Program-made: the position numbers and the translations under genes
In this document: piece after piece, positions 13,901 to 26,100 of the stretch
Numbering within the stretch: the first letter of the stretch is position 1
Layout: every line of letters begins with the position of its first letter
Notes under the pieces: generated by a model
What the model saw: only the letters and a program-made list of their open reading frames with translations
What the model was told of the DNA's origin: nothing
Databases searched by the model: none
NCBI GenBank assembly: GCA_002633005.1
Contig: NMRA01000557.1
Span: 214,155-278,154 of the forward strand
Length of the DNA: 64,000 bases
Direction of reading: 5' to 3'
From: Phoronis australis
Taxonomy: Eukaryota > Animalia > Phoronida

Positions 13901-14049
13901 CAGGCGAGGATCCAGGATTTTGAGTTAGGGGAGCCAGGGCACGGTATTAGCCAGGATTTTGCCCGTCAGACATTCGCACCACCAAACAGTCAAATGGAAT
14001 CTGGGAGAATTTTAGGGGGGGCATGGCCCCCTCTAAATCTGCCACTAGT
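13901..14049. mobile_element. Short GC-rich MITE (hAT-like ends)
   Basis: Begins caggcgaggatccaggatttt and ends ggggggcatggccccctctaaatctgccactag. No clean TSD found. Confidence 0.4.
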
Positions 14050-14269
14050 TTCAATATAAGAACATAGTATATCACTGGGTTTATCTATACAAATGGGGCA
14101 GCCAAATACCACGCACAAAAGCTTTTCACAATTTCCACTACTGGTACTATAAACACTCTGGCATTGCTATTTGTACCACTATCAAAAATTGGATCTAAAA
14201 CATTGGTAGTGACTGTTAAATATGTGACGGAAAGAAATTCCAGTGCTGTCCATTGACAAAGCACCAAGT

Positions 14270-15050
14270 CTGAATTTATCTGTGCCACGGCATCCTCCTT
14301 GGACACATCTGGAGCACCAGCAGTCGGCATTGGAGGGGCATCAATTTCTAAGCGAATTTCAAGATTTCCAGCTTCTCTTTTGTTCAAAAGTAAAAAAAAT
14401 ATTTTGAATCCAGAGTTGTCCATGATTAAAGTAAAACACGATGATATCTAATTGCAAGTTTTCGCCTTCTTTTATAACCTTCAAGCAAATGCCAAAACTA
14501 GATTTTAATCCTGTTTTTTTTGAAACAGACTACTTTAATAATCAAAACCTTGGAATTGAGCTACCATCCTGTTTTACTTTATTCATAGTCTGCATTCTTT
14601 TCAAAATACATGCATCTTTTGAGATCAGCTTTATTTGTTATGGCTTTTAGTTTTACTGATCGATTTATAACTAAATCTTTCACGGAAAAACAACAGATTT
14701 TAAACACTTGAGAACTACGGTGATTGTGAAAAAAGATTGTTATTGTTCAGGCCCTGCGAAAGCGTCATGAATTATTAGATATCAAAATTCTCAAGGTAAC
14801 TTACCTTTTTATAAGACCAGCTTCAACCTTCATGATGTGTTTGTCGTCAAAGCAGCCGTTCTCAAAATGGTCGGAGCATATTTGGGCTCCGACAGATGGC
14901 TGACTCGACAGTCATTTTCAAAAGACGAGCAGAGCACACGAAAACCTGCCATTACGCAGCCAGATGCTTGTCTTTTTAGAATTTAAATGGGCTCATGCCT
15001 TCCACCTGGGTGGTGTTAAAATAGTTAGCACACACACACCGATGCACCAT
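14270..15050 (-). pseudogene. Kolobok transposase remnant: N-terminal THAP exon (15050-14805) plus extreme C-terminus; DDE core absent
   Basis: Reads MVHRCVCANYFNT...FKF*KDKHLAA*WQVFV, then after a frameshift QPSVGAQICSDHFENGCFD, followed by a GTAAG donor at 14804. The downstream APPMPTAGAPDVSKEDAVAQ weakly resembles the Kolobok C-terminal PP...KEEAV motif. Confidence 0.7.
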
Positions 15051-15610
15051 GGCTAAAACACGCCAAGGTTGAACGGTCTTTGTTCTTCGTGTACTGCGAT
15101 ATAATAGCAGTGAACTGCATTGTGGGATATGATCTGGTTTGTGTTCCCCAACACCATGTCACGGTGTCAAAGGTCAACTTTTCGCGCATTTTCTTATTTT
15201 CGCTTTTTTTAAATAACTAAAGATACAATAATACGATGATTTGAATAAAATACATCCAAATAGCAATACCTTGAAGATATTATTGCAATTTAACATACTT
15301 GCACCTTGCAAATTACACTTTAAGACTTCGATCGATAAGAAGTGGCTAAAGAACCTAATAAGTGCTCTGTGGAAGCAATGCTTGGATAGCGCCCCGTGCT
15401 GTGATGTCATCATCGAGGCCGCCAACGCGTGGATAAGCTTGCTTAAAATCACCATTCACCTTGTTTTGATAAGCGACTACACTGCCATCATTATTAAACC
15501 TTTTTATAGCATTGGCTAACACAGTAGTGAACTCAATATCCCAAAACGAAGAAAAACAACTTCATTTGAAAGTTTCTTAGCTCCACGGACGTGACTCACG
15601 TATGGACGTA

Positions 15611-18600
15611 CAGCACAAAACACGAATTTTTGTCCGCCCGGTCGGAAATTGGTCGGCGACTAGCCGTCGACCGGTCGGCAAATTAGCCGACCGGCAGCCG
15701 CCCGCAGTGCCGACTCATAAGGCGACTCCCCAGCCGACCGTTCAGCCGACCGTTCAGCCGACCGGCCATCAGCCGACCAGCTGGTCGGCTGCTATTTTTA
15801 GGCTAGAGTAGCAGTTGCGTAATAGGCTGTCAGGCTGATGCCACTTTGCGTGTCGATGCATATTCGTCTTAGCACAGGGTCAAATAAATTAACCTAGTTT
15901 TACTGTCTCGGTTACATGAGTTCACGTCGGTAATTCGAAGGTTGAAGGCAAGCGGTACTAGTAAACATTGGATTATGGACAATGCAACAAGTTTTGCATG
16001 AAAAATGTGAAAGTTTTCTTTACATTTGATCTTTAATTTGACTCGTGACGTTAACAAGATGTATTAGATTGGTTGCTTCCCGGTCAATACAACGCTGTAA
16101 TCATTTTGTAAACGCAGCTATTTTTACAGTCTTCGCCCGCAATTGATTTTGTTTGTGTAACGCCAAACTGCATCATTTTGCGTTTTTTAAGTTAGTCACC
16201 GGTCTCCTATCACGCGCTCATGATGACAGATTAGTGAGTGAGTTGTTACACAGCGAAGAGCTCTCACTCCGGGGATTTCATTTTCATAGTATTGACCCTT
16301 GCAGTACAGACGCAAAATTCACGGTCCAGTATGACCTAAACCCACGGACATCGATGGCTCTAGCTTCGAAATCATATTATGGTTACGATTTCCACGAACT
16401 AAGACGGTGAAATCACCACTGTTGAGGCTGCAGGCAATTGTAGCTTTGCGCATTCTGTTTTCATGTATCGGTGACGTTAAAATCCGGGCTAGCAGTTACA
16501 TGTACACACGTAGTCCCCTATCAGTTGGTCGTTCACGTTGTTCCAAAAATAAGTATTTTCTGTGAACAACATATTGACAAATCATGCAAAATAAAATAAT
16601 TGTGAACGGGAAGATGTGAATACGTGATGAAGAAGTATTCACTACGCGGCATATGTGCGCGAACCTCTGACGGTAAAGCGATTGCGATGGCAAAACATGA
16701 TAGAAAATACACAAAGGTGCGGAGAAGCAAAGCGTCGGGTGATATTGATAGCGTATGATCTGGCCACCTTAGGTAGAATGAGAAGTGGCAACTACAAAAT
16801 AAAAATAAAAAATAAATAAATCATGCTTGTATATATATCGCCACCCCCCCTCCCCGAGTTTTGCACATTCTAATGAGTCACCACTCGAGATTTGGTTCCA
16901 TTTCAGTCCTAAAATCGCGGAATAATTCTTCTGTTCTCAGCTCTAAGAAAAAATACTATTTTTTGAAAGGGTGCTCAGTCTTAAAAAAGTTTCCAGCATG
17001 AAATGAAATGCCAAGTACACGCAGCGTTGTAAGACAGAGACGTTGACGTTTCCGTATGTCCACAAAAGTGCTTTGAGCACTGTAGAAATTTGTTCATTTC
17101 GCTTTTCTACACTGACGACTATGGTCAACTCGGTGTTTTAAAAAGTACACTTTTGAAGGCATTTTCAAAAATAAATGTTTGGTTGATGAATTCAGCGAGT
17201 CGGTGTCCACTGGCAGAAAACGGTATCTGCGTAAAGAAAGAGTTGCGTTTTCAGAACATTCAGAACATGAGCTCAAGGACTACCTGAGACTGGTATTCTT
17301 GTCCAATGAATACATAGATCTTGGAAAACTGTTACGCCGAAGAAATTTGCAAAATACGAACGTCATTTACGGAAGGTTGTACTAGAAGTGATTCGTTGCA
17401 GTGGAGCAGCCACGGGATAGTAAAAACACTGTATTGTACCCTAGTAAGCTGAATGGAAAGCTGAAGCGAAAACATCCAGAACACACATTGTCTATTCAGG
17501 AATTGAAATCTCTGTAGAATCAAAAACAATTGGCAACCAGGATTCATTGTGTCAGAAAACTTATCACGCCAGGAGAAAGAGTTGTTTTCAAGCCCGGAGG
17601 CTACGTGATCACCCATTATGCAATGGTGACAATCCAGTGTACCTATCCATTGGCATCTATTGTAAAACGTGGATTAGACAAAAGAAATTCAACCGCATTT
17701 CCAAGATAATAGGTCTGTTGTCGGCGAGAGGTTGAACATATAGCCCTTGTTTATATGTATACATGTAGTACGGACATTATCACTTTGAAAGATCCATGCT
17801 TGGGGATGGTGACGTGGTGTTCTGGCGTGAAAGTTACTGACAAGGTAAGTTTTTGAAACTGACTTATTAAATTTTCAGTTTGGTCATATTTTATTTTGAT
17901 CATGAAGTGAAGAATTTTTGGTCCTCACTTGATAAATTATAGGTGCTGATGTGATAAATTTTCAGCCTTGACGTGGTGAATTTTGGTCGTTATTTGCTCT
18001 GTGGTCTTCTGTGTGAAAACAATCTCAATGTATTGGATTGTTTTAATTCCTGCTTAAGTAAAATTTCTGGTTTTGAGATATTTATTTTTAGTCCTGGAGA
18101 GTTTCACATGTTTTGCTTGGTTTTAATCTTGCATAGAAAAGATATGTCGTTAAATGTTTCAAATTAGGCCTCCCATAAATGGGGGGAGAGCAGGTTGTGT
18201 AGTATCGTACTATGTAACTTCTTATATAAATCTAGGTGTTCGTGATTTAGTAATACTATGAAAAATGAGTAGTTATGACTATGAAAAATGAGTGGTTGAG
18301 GTTTCTTTTGAAATACTGTATCCTTTGTATATGCCTGGTGTAGATGGCTCAGTGTGATATTATTTAAGCTTTATTATCCTCTATGGCTTAACAACTATAT
18401 ATCTTCATTCATGCCTGTAATAGAGGTACACCCAGGATCAACAAGCACGTGTATGTTTTTATTCTAATGAGGCGTGCTTCGAATGTACAATAAGTAATCA
18501 TACTGTTACAGTGGTTCATAACAAACGGATTCATTAAACCCAGTAAATATTTTTGCAACTGCCGATCTGCATATTAGACATTCATATTGCATCATACCCC

Positions 18601-20676
18601 ATCAGAGTAAAACTTGTTATCAATCATAGTTGAAAAAATTATTTTTATCATTGCCACAAGACGTTAACAAACGAAGTCAGTGTCTGTAACTGTTGTGTCT
18701 ACATTGCTGATGAACTTAAATCGGTCTATTTCCATTTTTATATTAATGATTCATGCCAAAGGTTTGAAATTGCGCCCCCTTAAGAGTTTTGACTTGCCCT
18801 GGTGATCACTAGAATCCGAGGCAATAAACTTAAAGAAGTTGTTTTTTAACCAGTGTAATATAGCTGAAAATTGTGTGCGTTTTCGTTTGCGAGAGTGTTC
18901 TTTTTGAATCAATGGGTTAATCATTTTTACGCTTTACATGAAAACACAGATTACTTTTTTAGGTTTACATGTACCAGGTTACCCCAAAAATATTATTTTC
19001 AAAGTTTTACCCCTTGAAGTATACGCAAAACACCAAGTATTGTGTTCTTACGCCAAAGGGCTCGAAACGCTCTAGCCTTGACGCGAAGCTGTTTACTAAA
19101 TTAAATATACAAATTTGTGCCATTGTGGGTAAAAACTGACCGAATAAAATCTTCCTAGAGTAATCTAAATTATTTACTAGCGTTGCAAAAAATGTTTTTT
19201 TACAATTATTCTGCTGCTAAAGTTATGGTGTGATCTTATGCGTCGACTTTCAACCCAATGAAATATTGCGTCACCTTTTAGCCAGTTTGTTTTTCCCAGA
19301 TTCTTCAATCAAACGTTCTCCAAAGAGGTTGCGTAAACGTTCCAACAAATGATCAGAATTGGTTTCACTTCATTATAAGTTTTTGGAATTTTGATATCAG
19401 TGAACCGAATTTTAGAACAAATTTTGCTGAGATGTTGTCATCATCTAATGGGAGATGTTGAAAACATTTTGGAAGTGGCGCGTGTCACGAATGAACTATT
19501 TTCTAAACGACGGCATACGTTTTTTCGTTAAAAAAGGCAGAGAATTACGCAGGAAGATGACGTCGGATGTTTTTCGCTTAAACGGCCGTAACAGGCAAGT
19601 TGAATGTCAGTTGAGTTCCCGATTTTGCATGCACACCCGCCGGTCTTGAGCTCATGTTGATACAAGCTTTTCGACGAGGTGACAAGCGTAACTATCTGGG
19701 CTGTGTGAAGTTTCGAGGTCTGTTTGATCTCAAGAAGCAGTGGCACCTTGCTGTATTTTGAAAAATAGTCTTTATACAACTAGCTGGCTAGATAGGAATG
19801 TTCTAGTTTCGAAAAGAATTTTTACAGCGAAAGTCACAACAATTTCAGAATGATGATGGATGACCCTATCAACCGATCACAGTCTTCCGTTTTCATGCGC
19901 CCATGATTTACATGTAATATCGGCGCTATGTTCAAACCATTGTTTATGTTGTTCCTAAAATGAACTTGGGTTCTATTGCTGTACCAACATATTAAGAAAT
20001 TATACAGAAATAAGCAATAATTATCTGTGGTAAATCGCTATATACAGCGTGATGAAGTGATGATCAAGAGCAATAACGGATGAGCGCAAATGCGTGATGC
20101 TTGTTGAGCATTCCGCTGCATGAAAACACTTGAGGTAGTAAAATATCCAGTGTTGTATTCTGATTTTTATGCAAATTTACTGTAAAATTTCAAAGTTCGT
20201 GCTTGTTTTTATGCATAGAGTACTGTATAAAAAGTCTAATTTCTAAAGTTAGAAATTATGCTTCCGCGATCTCACTTAACGTTTGATTTTACCACGCCGT
20301 CATTAATTCAACATAAAGTTTGAGGCTGGTGTAATGTCACGCAATTCGTATTTGCACGTTGATTCGATTTTACCTCCTTTCAATAGAGTAACAAAAGTTG
20401 ATAAACCGATGTCAAGACCGGAGATGCCACTGGTGAACGAACAGCGAACAGTTAAATGTTTGTTTGGCCAAAGTTCACCCGCTAAGTCATAAAATGGTAA
20501 TTGCCGACCAAGGACACGCTTAATCCGAATTGGTCGTATACGCTAGGCGACCACTTAGCTGACCCAAGTGCCTACCACAGAGGCGACTCAGCAGACGGCT
20601 CCTAGCCGACCGTTGTTGGTCGGCTGCTGGTCGGCTAGACGACCGGTCGACGGTCAAAAATTCGTGATGTGTGCTG
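15611..20676 (+). mobile_element. ~5.07-kb non-autonomous TIR DNA transposon, copy 1
   Basis: TA|CAGCACAAAACACGAATTTTTG ... CAAAAATTCGTGATGTGTGCTG|TA, with CpG-rich subterminal GCCGACC/GTCGAC arrays. Colinear with the reverse complement of 23143-28256. No transposase ORF. Confidence 0.9.
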
Positions 20677-20746
20677 TATAAGCTCCCTGTGGCCGGTTTG
20701 CCCCCACGCTTGCCGACGTACTTCTTTACCGGCTTAACCCCAATGC

Positions 20747-20798
20747 CGGTCGTCGACTAATTTCCGACCGGGCGGACAAAAATTCGTGATGTGTGCTG
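20747..20798 (+). repeat. Extra (outer) TIR of the 5-kb family, starting 70 bp beyond copy 1
   Basis: cggtcgtcgactaatttccgaccgggcggacaaaaattcgtgatgtgtgctg|TA. Confidence 0.9.
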
Positions 20799-23142
20799 TA
20801 CAACTTAAAACCCAGCTCCAATATGTCATGTCCACCAACATGCGAGTTTCTTGTACAAATTTGTTCCATATCTTCGCTTTTCCGACCGATGTCTGACGGG
20901 AAAAGGAAAAGAGTCACAGCATGGTCAAATACTAGGTTGCCACAACCATCACCAACGCAATGTGTTTCGCTTTTCCCTATTATACCATAAGACACGGGAA
21001 AACGAGTGGCATTATTTGGCGATTTTTACACTAAACGCAATGGAGGATGACCGGTGCTGCGATTGGTTGGTCCGATTTTACGTATAATGTTACCACCACT
21101 AAGTGCCCATAACTCGAGACCGTCGAATATACACATAGTGTTTGCGGGATATCTAATTTGAAAGTTGATTTACTGCATGGGTTGTTTTTGGCAATTACAT
21201 CGCCATGGATGCCACAGGCATACAGGGGCGATAGTACATCCCCACACAAAGTTATGAAATTCAAAACACAGGAAATAAAACCAAATGAAATATGCATACA
21301 TGTATGTGAACGTACATGAGTTAACACATACCATAAGTCGAGAAACGATTCAGCCACGATAACACCCCGGCGAACCCGCGATCGAGAACGACCGGAAGGC
21401 TATCGAGAACGAGATTTGGCGCGGGAAGTGAAGCCAGGCAAGGTGAGTAAATTTGTTGAATTTTCGTTGTTCTTACTTCCAATGTGAAAAGAGAGACATG
21501 AGTTCAAGGCGTAACACATTGAAGAAGGGCAGGTAGAGGTTTAGGCTAGTGTCTCTTCCAATTATAGGAGAAAAGTTACTTTGACCGAGGCATCGCTTAA
21601 TCCGAAGGTGATTTGTATGTAATTGTGGCAAATTGCCGTTATTTTTGGCACTAAATCAATAAATTGGCCATCGAGATATGAAGAAATGACGTGCGAAGAT
21701 ATACCGCAACGCTTGTTTTTTGTAGTTTTGTCAGGATCTCTGTTTTTTGACGCTTTTATGCTGAAAGATGCGATCGAGAACGCAACGATAAGCGATAGGG
21801 AAGGCAAAATTGTGTTTGTTTATGCGATCGGGAAAGCATCGTGGTGTGTCGAACAGTAATGAACTTTTTACTTATAAAACATGAAAAAGGTTACACAATA
21901 TGTGTGGTGCAATGAATTAAACACATCTTGTCATTACTCTGTTACTTTCGTATCAAAACTGAACAACAGCATAGCACATTTCCATTAAATTGCCATGAGC
22001 ACTATATACATGTACATGTACATCAAGCATAATTTTAGTTTCATAAATAAATTTATTTTCATTTCAGGAAACAAGTTCACTGTTATTGTGAGGCGAGCTT
22101 CAATGAACATGTTACCCACGAGGTGAAGGTACACCCTTCCAGGGTTTTGAAAAGTACAGGCATCTACTTTTAGACGAAACCACTGAGAACAAGGGTTTCT
22201 AAACTGAAGACTCACCCAGGAGTTGTTCCATGTGGCGTGTCAGCCAGGGGTAAACAAACTGTTGCAGCACCCAGATGAAAGCGAGTGTAGAATCTTCTTG
22301 TAAAATTATGACAGCAAAAGGAAAAAAAACAAATAGGGAGTGAAGTCAAAAAAAGATGATGAACTTGCACATGGGGAGAGAGAGGAATGAGGCAACACTT
22401 CACGAGATGATTCAAAGATTCCCACTCATAAACGTCTGGGATCTAAGATGTGGCCAGACGTTGTGTAAATTGGTGTGCTGCTAAAACAGGTGGGATTTTA
22501 CTTGATGCTTTACTGATAACATCAATACAGAAATGAGCAGATTGACTTGTGGCACCCGTGTGGGTTGAATGTACGTTGTGCTTGACTCTTGTGTTTTGTG
22601 GTCTTGGTCCTAAGTCCACCTGCATAATCAGTTCATGATCCCCAGTTTAATGTCGCATTGAAAAAGATCGAGACAGTAAGTACACATACTATATTGTGAT
22701 TTTCTCAAAACGTAGTTGACATGTTGCCATTAACGTCACTTCAACTACACACTGTAGTGATTTACACAGGAAATCAACAATATTATAGCATTTCTATTAT
22801 AATATTAATCTTTTATCGCACATACCTTAAAATTGGTCTTACAAAAATAAATAAATTTATTGCTTTAGGGAAATCAACTTGACAAATCCATGGAACCTTT
22901 CCAACTAATTACTTTTGTAATGTACTGGCTAAATCATCACTGAATCACAGACAATGTTTTTAGGATTGATTGATAGTATAATAGTCTCTCACAGGAAATA
23001 AACAACATGAAAGCAATTTCTACAATAATCATAGACATATATTTTCTATTAAAATACTAATTGGTCAGAACAATTGTATGTAAGTAGGCGCAATGAAATT
23101 TAGTATGGCCATTTAAATATACCTAAACATTACAAAAATATA

Positions 23143-26100
23143 CAGCACACATCACGAATTTTTGGCCGACCAGTCGGAAATTGGTCGACAACCGGCCGTC
23201 GACCGTTGTTGGTCGGCTGCTGGTCGGCTAGGAGCCGTCTACTGAGTCGCCTCTGTGGTCGGCACTTGGGTCGGCTACGTGGTCGCCTAGCGTAGACGAA
23301 CAATTCGGAATAAGCGTGTCCTTGGTCGGCAATTACCATTTTATGACTTAACGGGTGAATTTTGGCCAAACAACCATTTAACTGTTCGCTGTTCGTTCAC
23401 CACTGGCAACTCAGGTCTTGACATCGGTTTATCAACTTTTGTTCAACTATTGAAAGGTAATATAATCGAATCAACCTACAAATACGAAGTGCGTGACATT
23501 ACACCAGCCTAAAACTTTATTTTGAATTAATGACGTCGTGGTAAAATCAAACGTTAAGTGATATCGCGGAAGCAAAATTTCTAAATTTAGATATGAGACT
23601 TTTTATACAGTACATTTTGCACAAAAACAAGCACGAAATTTGAAATTTACAGTAAAATTGCATAACAATCACAATACAACACTCCATACACGACCTCAAG
23701 TGTTTTCATGCAGCGGAATGCTCAAGAAGCATCACGCATTTGCGCTCATCCGTTATTGCTCTTGATGATCACTTCATCACGCTGTATATTGCGATTTACC
23801 ACAGATAATTATTGCTTATTTCTGTATAATTTCTTAATATGTTGGTACAGCAATAGAACCCAACTTTATTTTAGGAACAACATAAACAATGGTTTGAACA
23901 TAGCGCCATATTTAATCATGGGCGCATGAAAACGGAAGACTGATCGGTTTATTGTGTCATCCATCATCCATCATCATTCAGAAATTGTTGTCACTTTCGC
24001 AGTAAAAAATCTTTTCGAAACTAGAGCCTTCCTATCTAGCCAGCTAGTTGCATGAAGACTATTTTCAAAATACAGCAAGGTGCCACTGCTTATTGAGACC
24101 AAACAGACCTCGATACTTCACACAGCCCGGATAGTTACGCTTGCCACCTTGTCGAAAAGCTTGTATCAACATGAGATCAAGACCGGCGGGTGTGCATGCA
24201 AAATCTGGAAGTCAATTGGCATTCAAGTTACCCGTTACGGCCGTTTAATTGAGAAACATCCGACGTCATCTTCTTGCGTATTTTTCTGCCTTTTTAACGA
24301 TAAAACGTATATTGTCGTTTAGAAAAAAGTTCATTGTGACACGCGCCATTTCCAAAATGTTTTCAACATCTCCCATTAGATGATGACAGCATGGCAGCAA
24401 AATTTGTTCTAAAATTCGGTTCACTGATATCAAAATTCCAAAAACATATAATGAAGTGAAACCAATTCTGATCATTTGTTGTGACGTTTACGCAACCTCG
24501 AGGGAGAACGTTTGATTGAAGAATCTGGGAAAAAGAAACTGGCTAAAAGGTGACGCAATATTTCATTGGGTCGAAAGTCGACGCATAAGATCACACCATA
24601 ACTTTAGCAGCAGAATAATTGTAGAAAACCATTTTTTGCAACGCTAGTAAATAATTTAGATTACTCTAGGAAGATTTTATTCGGTCAGTTTTCACCCACA
24701 ATGGCGCAAATTCGTACATTTAATTTAGCAAACAGCTTCGCACCAAGGCTAGAGCCTTCCGAACCCTTTCGCGTAAGAACACAATACTTGGCGTTTCGCG
24801 TATACTCCAAGGGGTAAAACTTTGAAAATAATATTTTCGGGGTAACCTGGTACATGTAATCCTAAGAAAAGTAGTCTGTGTTTTCATGTAGAGCGTAAAA
24901 TGATTAACCCATTGATTCAGAAAGAACACTCTCGCAAACGAAAACGCACACAATTTTCAGCTATATTACACTGGTTAAAAAACAACTTCTATAAGTTTAT
25001 TGCATCGGATTCTAGTGATCATAGGGCGTGTCAAAACTCTTAAAGGGGCGCAATTTCAAACCTTTGGCACGAATCAGTGATATAAAAATGGAAATACATG
25101 TAGACCAACTTTTGTTCATTAGCAATCTAGACACAACAGTTACAGACACTCATTGCGTTTGTTAACGTCTTGTGGCAATGATAAAAATATTTTTTTCTAC
25201 TATGATTGATAACAAGTTTTACTCTGATGAGGTATGATGCAAGATGCACGTCTAATATGCAGAGTCAGCAGTTGCAAAAATATTTACTGGGTTTGATGAA
25301 TCCGTTTGTTATGAACCACTGCAAAAGTATGATTACTAATTGTACATTCGAAACACGCCTCTTTAGAATAAAAACATACATGTGCTTGATGATCCTGGGA
25401 GTACCTCTTTTACAGGCATGAATGAAGATATATAGTTGTTAAGCCATAGAGGATAATAAAGCTTACGTAATATCACACTGAGCCATGTACACCAGGCATA
25501 TACAAAAGGATAAAGTATTTCAAAAGAAGCCTCAACTACTCATTTTTCATAGTCATAACTACTCATTTTTCATAGTATTACTAAATCGCGAACACCTAGA
25601 TTTAGATTAGAAGTTACATAGTACGATGCTACACAACCTGCTCTCCCCCCATTTATGGGAGGCCTAATTTGAAACATTTAACGACATATCTTTTCTATGC
25701 AAGATTAAAACCAAGCAAAACATGCAAACTCTCCAGGACCAAAAATAAATATATCAAAACCAGACATTTTACTTAAGCAGGAATTAAAACAATCCAATAC
25801 ATTGAGATTGTTTTCACACAGAAGACCAAAGAGCAAATAATAAAGACCAAATTCACCACGTCAAGACTAAAAATTTATCACATCAGCACCTACAATTTAT
25901 CAAGTGAGGACCAAAAATTCTTCACTTCAGGATAGAAATAAAATACGACCGAACTGAAAATTTAATAAGTCAGATTCAAAAACTTACCAAGTCAGTAACT
26001 TTCACGCCAGAACACCACGTCACCATCCCCAAGCATTGGTCTTTCAAAGTGATAATGTCCGTATAAACAATGGCTATATGTTCAACCTCTCGCCGACAAC

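Larger units (their letters stand above)
10616..15319. mobile_element. Kolobok-superfamily DNA transposon, internally deleted and non-autonomous (~4.7 kb)
   Basis: TTAA at 10612-10615 and 15320-15323. Imperfect TIRs AGAGGAAATTGCAAGGTCCAA versus (rc) AGTGTAATTTGCAAGGTGCAA match at 17/21, with RR..YY ends. Contains convergent THAP-transposase and P2X7-ballast-like genes. Confidence 0.85.
10048..15519 (+). pseudogene. BTB(POZ)-BACK (kelch-like family) gene interrupted by a Kolobok insertion
   Basis: Exon ~10048-10119 (ECPFIEAMNRSEMREMAS, GT at 10120) splices to an exon from 10390 (AG at 10388-89) reading GTVNLSHFDVSTMQFVLEYMYTG...VIELADFLLLQDLK. Removing 10616-15323 rejoins it in frame to KTSIDKKW...DVIIEAANAWI, a BACK-like EA..WI motif. 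Confidence 0.75.

Noticed and set aside
15602-15811. Pro/Gln/Arg-rich ORFs at the 5-kb element ends (also 23130-23369 and 32350-32625)
   Set aside because: These are by-products of GC-rich subterminal repeats that lack stop codons.
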